Under the pieces are notes generated by a model. It worked only from the letters and a program-made list of their open reading frames with translations. It was not told the origin of the DNA and searched no databases. From Macrostomum lignano (Eukaryota): a stretch of DNA of 64,000 nt. The position numbers and the translations under genes were made by a program. Shown piece by piece: positions 54,789 to 64,000 of the stretch; position 1 is the first letter of the stretch, and the number at the start of each line of letters is the position of its first letter. Location of the stretch: positions 248,001 through 312,000 of the forward strand of contig NIVC01000073.1 in assembly GCA_002269645.1 (NCBI GenBank), in the 5' to 3' direction.

Positions 54789-57039
54789 CTATCCGTGCAT
54801 CCGGCTTCGCAGCGGGTTTATACCGGTAGGAAACAGGTGGGCCTCCGTGCTCAGCACCCACTGGTCCAATGATAATCGACTATTTGGCTGAAACAGCAGG
54901 TACAAGTACTTGAGCGTCTCGGCCAGGAAGAACGACTGTTGCGTGTTGTCGAAGATCGTTTTGTTCGACAGGATTTTGTGGACACCGCTGAAGCCGGTTG
55001 GAGTTCTCGTGCTGGCGTTGATGGCAAGCAGGATTTTCTTTCCCCAATATCGGTACTTTTTGTGCCCAGTGACGTAGTGCAGGTAGTAGATGGACTCGAT
55101 AGTCTCCGGTCTCAATATGTAGAAGTCCCTGTCCGGATCGGCTTCGAACTTTCTCGACGTGGCATTGTACTTGAAAATCTCCGGACCCAAGCCGATTGGA
55201 GAATGGAAATACGACAGATAGCATGTGTGAGTGATTCTCTCTGCAAATCTAAGCCAGTCAGTGCGATGCGGGTTCATCATGTAGGCGAGCGCGTAGGTGC
55301 CGCCCAAGAAGCAGGTCAGGTGCTCCATAGTGCAAGTCGCGTTGAGCTGCTGCTTTGCGTTGCAAGGCTTCTTTACGTTGACGACGCACAAGAGGTCAGA
55401 CACTGGACTGACTTGTACAGTCATGCACTTCATGATGCTATCGAGAGCTGCTGTATAGTCTCTGGTGCATTTCGGGTCCGGGTTCTTGCTGTACAGACAC
55501 TTTTTGACCAGGTACTCGTAGAATGAGTCACCCCCACCGCCGGCTGAGTAAACAGGATCCGGGGTCAAAGGCATGCCTTCTGGGGTCATCTCCATCGGGT
55601 ACAGTCCTTGTACATTCGGTGCCTTCATCAGGAGCTCATGGTTCCTTGTCACCCACTGCTCATACTTCTTGTCACCAGTTATATGGGACAGATAGACGAA
55701 CTCCAGGTACAAAGTTCCAGTCGCTGCTAGCAGCTTTGTTTCAAAATCGACTGTCGAATTTGGTCGTGGCGAGTTTTTTTTTAACAGCACCAAGTCATTG
55801 CGATTCAGAGATCTCGTATCGCTGAAAGACTCAGCCAGCCTGTCAGCAACTGCCACCGCCTCAGCTAACAATCTTGAGTCTTGAGTGAAGCTGTACGCAC
55901 CGAGGTAGCCGCCGAGCAGTCGGATGCAGGTCTCGAACACGCTCACAGTGACGTTCGACAAGGCTGCTCGCTTACCTCCCGTCACCATCTGGCGGGCCTC
56001 CTCGAACTCCTCGTGCATTTCCATAATAGCAAAAGTGTCAAGCGCGTCCACGGCTGTCACCAGCTGGCGAGGTCCGAGAAGGACGTCGGGCACCGGGGAG
56101 CAGGCCCGCTTGATGGGATCGAGGTCGTTGCCCGTGTAGGGACGGGCGCAATATTTGACGTAATTGCGCCAGGCGAACCTGCCGGATGGGGCGAATAGGA
56201 TCTTAATTGAATGTTTACTAACGACTAACTGAGGATTTTTGGAATTTATCATCTGTAAACTATCCCAAAACTGTCTGTCTACAAAAACTTGGATTTATCT
56301 TTCCAGGTTAGTTTTGTACCTTCTATCTAAGGGGTTGTAGCCTAGTGGCTGGACTAGAGCATCGGACTCACCGACTTGAAGGTCGGGGTTCAATTCCCGA
56401 TCCCACTGAAACAATTTGTGTTTTTAAGCAAGACACAACTCTGCATTGCTTCAGTTCACCCAGCTGTGAAGTGAAGAATGGTACAGACGTACGCAGCCTG
56501 CAGATTCGCCGCGCAATAGCTGCGGCTGAGCTGTAGATTGCGTATCTGCCCATTAGTGCAGGTGTAATAAACTATTGTTAATAATTATTGCTTGATTCGT
56601 TTATTGAATGAGTTTCCAGTTTATAGCCAGCAGCCTGAAAGGTACTCTTTATATTTTGCCAATAACATCCGTGGCTATTATTTTTCTACTGATTCTTTTA
56701 AACGACTTTTATAATGGTGCTTCCCTTTACGCGTTTGCTAAAGTCTTCTGTTTTATCACGTCACTAAATGGCTATTAACACGTTTTACCTTGTCATCTCC
56801 TTTACCGCAGCGGTCATCTGAGAATCATCGAGGTACCGCAGCTCAGAAAAACTTGGTGAATCGTCTTCTATGTCAATCATTAAGTGGCGCATGTGCATGC
56901 AAATGTACAGCCCAAATATCAGAAGACAGATTGCAGGTAGCACGAATGTCTTGTGCCGGTTGATGCATCGAAAACCTCTGGACACTGGGTGTTGTAACAT
57001 TCTCCTGGGAAATAGCATAAGTATTCTTAATTGTTCCAT
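54789..57039 (-). CDS. GH47 class I alpha-1,2-mannosidase (Golgi MAN1A-like), copy B, intact, about 546 aa, type II membrane protein
   Basis: Exon 1 57039-56789 (TM VLPAICLLIFGLYICM, phase 2) plus exon 2 56178-54789. Motifs SVFETCIRLLGG, GTLYLEF, GDSFYEYL, GPEIF, YILRPETIES, QQSFFLAETLKYLYLLF and STEAH. Start could be 57039 or 57018. Confidence 0.92.
56331..56575 (+). mobile_element. tRNA-derived SINE with a CORE-like central domain, in the intron of mannosidase copy B
   Basis: Pol III A-box TAGCCTAGTGG (56338-56348) and B-box GGTTCAATTCC (56387-56397), then AGCAAGACACAACTCTGCATTGCTTCAGTTCACCCAGCTGTGAA, and an AT-rich tail. Confidence 0.7.
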
Positions 57040-57072
57040 TTTTGTGCAATCATCTGCATTTCAATTTTGTTG

Positions 57073-59480
<2,408 letters not shown>

Positions 59481-60108
59481 ATATAAGAAGCTTTTATTCT
59501 TATTTTTTGGCTAGAAAATGAGGTTGTCTGGGTTGCTGCGCACAATTTGCTGTGGCCCGTTGCTGTAACGAACGATTCGTAACTGTGTGAAAGCCCTTGA
59601 TATGACCGGTTTCTGGCTTGTTTTGCTTTCTTCAGTCAGCCACTGCCCCTCACCGTCCTCTCCCACGACCCTATGGTGTACAGACGTTTTTTTGCTGCCA
59701 TTTCTTCTATGGGCTATGCGGGAGTTTTTCCGATAAAAATTGTTGTTTGTCTGCTGTTCTCAGCAGTCTAAATTAAATCTCTCACAACCGTAAAGGCTCT
59801 TTCACAACTCCGCCATTAATACGAGCTATAAGTCACCGAATCACATTTTTAGCACCAATTTTTTTAACTAGCGAATAAGAAAAGGTAAATTTATTTCTCT
59901 GATATCGACTGAAAATTTTCTCTCTATGCTCGACACTCGCTGGCATAGCGGATTTCAATTTAATCCTGGGGGCATCAATTTGGTCATTCTAATCATATAA
60001 CGTTAGATATCCAGTGCCATAACACAAGTCGTTTACTTATCATTGAGAAAATCTAAAACAGAACTATACAATAAACAAATAAAAGCTTTAGCGTCGGACG
60101 TCGTCGAG

Positions 60109-60540
60109 TCAGGCTGGAATAAACCTCAGCATCTGCCGGTACCAGCCTCCGCATTTTGCAACGGTCACTTCACGGGTTGCGTCCTCTGCAACCCTCTGTA
60201 GGACACGGATTCGCCACTCTCGTAGCGAATGACCAGCAGGCGGAGTGTTCAGCTCTTCTTGCAGTTTTGGTTGAGTCAGCTGGCTTTTGATGGCTGACCT
60301 CAGGCAGGCGTGCGCGTTCTCCACAGGATTGAGGAATGGCGAGTATGGAGGCAATGTCACCAGGCGCCAAGCGGGCTGAAATTGATCTGGGATTGTCACT
60401 CCATGATGAAAACGGGCGTCATCCATGATCACGCAGACTCCTCGCCATCAGGTACACCACGACTGGTCACGCTTTGCACCAGATCATTGATGAAATTCTG
60501 GTACCTGACTGCCGTCATAGTCTCTCCGAGGATCATATGA
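60109..60540 (-). mobile_element. Tc1/mariner-IS630 DDE transposase C-terminal fragment, degenerate
   Basis: VIMDDARFHH...LVTLPPYSPFLNPVEN matches the D...SPDLNPIE region of DDE_3-type transposases. The upstream part (ETMTAVRYQNFINDL) is out of frame by an indel near 60433. Confidence 0.85.
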
Positions 60541-61091
60541 TGTAAAAACAAGTTAACAGTAAAAATGTGCATTAAATGCATAGAATGATCAAATTGATGC
60601 CCCCAGGATTAAATTGAAATCCGCTATGCCAGCGAGTGTCGAGCATAGGCAGAAAATTTTCAGTCGATATCAGAGAAATAAATTTACCTTTTCTTATTCG
60701 CTAGTTAAAAAAATTGGTGCTAAAAATGTGATTCGGTGACTTATAGCTCGTATTAATGGCGGAGTTGTGAAAGAGCCTTTACGGTTGTGAGAGATTTAAT
60801 TTAGACTGCTGAGAACAGCAGACAAACAACAATTTTTATCGGAAAAACTCCCGCATAGCCCATAGAAGAAATGGCAGCAAAAAAACGTCTGTACACCATA
60901 GGGTCGTGGGAGAGGACGGTGAGGGGCAGTGGCTGACTGAAGAAAGCAAAACAAGCCAGAAACCGGTCATATCAAGGGCTTTCACACAGTTACGAATCGT
61001 TCGTTACAGCAACGGGCCACAGCAAATTGTGCGCAGCAACCCAGACAACCTCATTTTCTAGCCAAAAAATAAGAATAAAAGCTTCTTATAT

Positions 61092-61243
<152 letters not shown>

Positions 61244-61244
61244 C

Positions 61245-61294
<50 letters not shown>

Positions 61295-61674
61295 TAGATA
61301 GCGAGAAAGAGCGAGCGAAGCGAGCTCTTTTGAGCTTGCTTGCCGCAGCCAATCAAGCTGAAAGCACGCACACAAGATCACCGGAAACGATTAAGGCAGC
61401 TGGAAAGCCAATGGGCGCGGTAAGCGCTTTTATCCAGAGGAACTACCTGCTGGAACCAGCCATGCCGAACGAAAATCAGACTACTCAAGTAGTGCAAAAG
61501 AGTACGTGCAACTACCGAGAAATCTAATTTTCGTAACCGCTCCGGTGCAGGTCCTGGCTATAGATAGTAGATAGCGAGAAAGAGCGAGCGAAGCGAGCTC
61601 TTTCGAGCTTGCTTGCCGCAGCCAATCAAGCTGAAAGCACGCACACAAGATCACCGGAAACGATTAAGGCAGCT

Positions 61675-61768
<94 letters not shown>

Positions 61769-61796
61769 GGATAGATAGATAGATAGATAGATAGAC

Positions 61797-61982
<186 letters not shown>

Positions 61983-62777
61983 AGTAGTTCCCTGTTGCAA
62001 ATGTGTGGCTGAACTCACTGAAGTTCAGCATATTGTATTCTATTCCAGCAGAAATCAATATAAAAGGCATGCAACAAAATTGAAGTGTAGATGATTGCAT
62101 AAAAATCCTCTGCGAAAGATTATACATTTATAAGGAAATTATTCTTATTTACTTTTGACTTTTATTCATTCTTATTTTCTTGAACTGCTCTTGTAATAAC
62201 TCTATGTACTCGTAAATGTATTCAAAGCGACTAGAGATGGAGAGACGGGAGTCTGCGGCTTGAGTACGGCTCAGGCTAGAAATAATATTTGCTGCCTCCT
62301 GAGAATATTGGACACAACATTTTAGTGTACAGTTTTGTATTCTAACTTCGGGACTCTGCCTATCCACCAAACTGACACAAAAGCCGGCCCTGCCTGCTGC
62401 AGTCTCAACAACCCGATGCTATGCACAGCACAATGGAGTAGAATGCAAAAATGCACAGAAAGAAATTCCTAGAAAGCTCCAACGTAAGATATACAACCCA
62501 ACGTAAGCGTTGACAAACTAGAAGCATTTATTCCGAGGCAAAGTCTTGCTGTAAACAGTTTCTGCCTTCTCTAAACTGTTCAACTGCGGAATTACGGCGC
62601 AATAGAACGCTATATAAAAATAAACTACTAGTAAGTTTTAATTTGTTTCTCAAAGTAAAACTTTGTTATATTCTTATCCTTCCCCATTTACTTTCCTATC
62701 AGATAAATACTTGTTGAACTGTAACGAATTTCTCCAATAAGAAATAAAAATATTAATAGACTAAAATAATAATAATC

Positions 62778-63362
<585 letters not shown>

Positions 63363-63395
63363 CAACAAAATTGAAATGCAGATGATTGCACAAAA

Positions 63396-63646
63396 ATGGA
63401 ACAATTAAGAATACTTATGCTATTTCCCAGGAGAATGTTACAACACCCAGTGTCCAGAGGTTTTCGATGCATCAACCGGCACAAGACATTCGTGCTACCT
63501 GCAATCTGTCTTCTGATATTTGGGCTGTACATTTGCATGCACATGCGCCACTTAATGATTGACATAGAAGACGATTCACCAAGTTTTTCTGAGCTGCGGT
63601 ACCTCGATGATTCTCAGATGACCGCTGCGGTAAAGGAGATGACAAG
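63396..63646 (+). CDS. GH47 alpha-1,2-mannosidase copy C, exon 1 only (the rest is beyond the window)
   Basis: Same translation as copy B exon 1, followed by the gtaaaa donor; part of the inverted duplication. Confidence 0.8.
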
Positions 63647-64000
63647 GTAAAACGTGTTAATAGCCATTTAGTGACGTGATAAAACAGAAGACTTTAGCAA
63701 ACGCGTAAAGGGAAGCACCATTATAAAAGTCGTTTAAAAGAATCAGTAGAAAAATAATAGCCACGGATGTTATTGGCAAAATATAAAGAGTACCTTTCAG
63801 GCTGCTGGCTATAAACTGGAAACTCATTCAATAAACGAATCAAGCAATAATTATTAACAATAGTTTATTACACCTGCACTAATGGGCAGATACGCAATCT
63901 ACAGCTCAGCCGCAGCTATTGCGCGGCGAATCTGCAGGCTGCGTACGTCTGTACCATTCTTCACTTCACAGCTGGGTGAACTGAAGCAATGCAGAGTTGT

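Noticed and set aside
56331-56405. Possible tRNA gene
   Set aside because: The A and B boxes are present, but I could not build a complete cloverleaf with an acceptor stem, and the sequence continues into SINE-like body and tail.

Overview
Eukaryotic (metazoan) genomic DNA, intron-rich and saturated with micro- and minisatellites. The repeat load, TTAGGG tracts and gene style resemble a free-living flatworm such as Macrostomum; this is an inference, not a database result. Most long ORFs in the supplied track are repeat artefacts. Genes were reconstructed by hand from GT-AG sites with reading-phase checks: a smoothelin-domain gene (-, partial, running off the left end), a 9-exon Delta/DSL-type Notch-ligand gene (+, 595 aa), a 2-exon monofunctional PHM (+, 403 aa), a 2-exon orphan class A GPCR (-), two tandem 2-exon PLAC8-family genes (-), a 4-exon MZB1/pERp1 homologue (+, 219 aa), and three GH47 alpha-1,2-mannosidase copies (one frameshifted, one intact, one partial at the right edge). 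The main structural observations are: a 5.1-kb non-coding Helitron-like element carrying a 3-kb satellite and telomere-like repeats, inserted in a minisatellite inside a PLAC8 intron; an inverted duplication of at least 3.4 kb per arm centred on a Tc1/IS630-type transposase fragment, which duplicates the mannosidase 5' end; a 170-bp palindromic MITE-like element; and a different tandem array in nearly every intron. Several frameshifts sit in short base runs and may be sequencing or assembly errors. No bacterial-type systems (CRISPR, operons) were seen.
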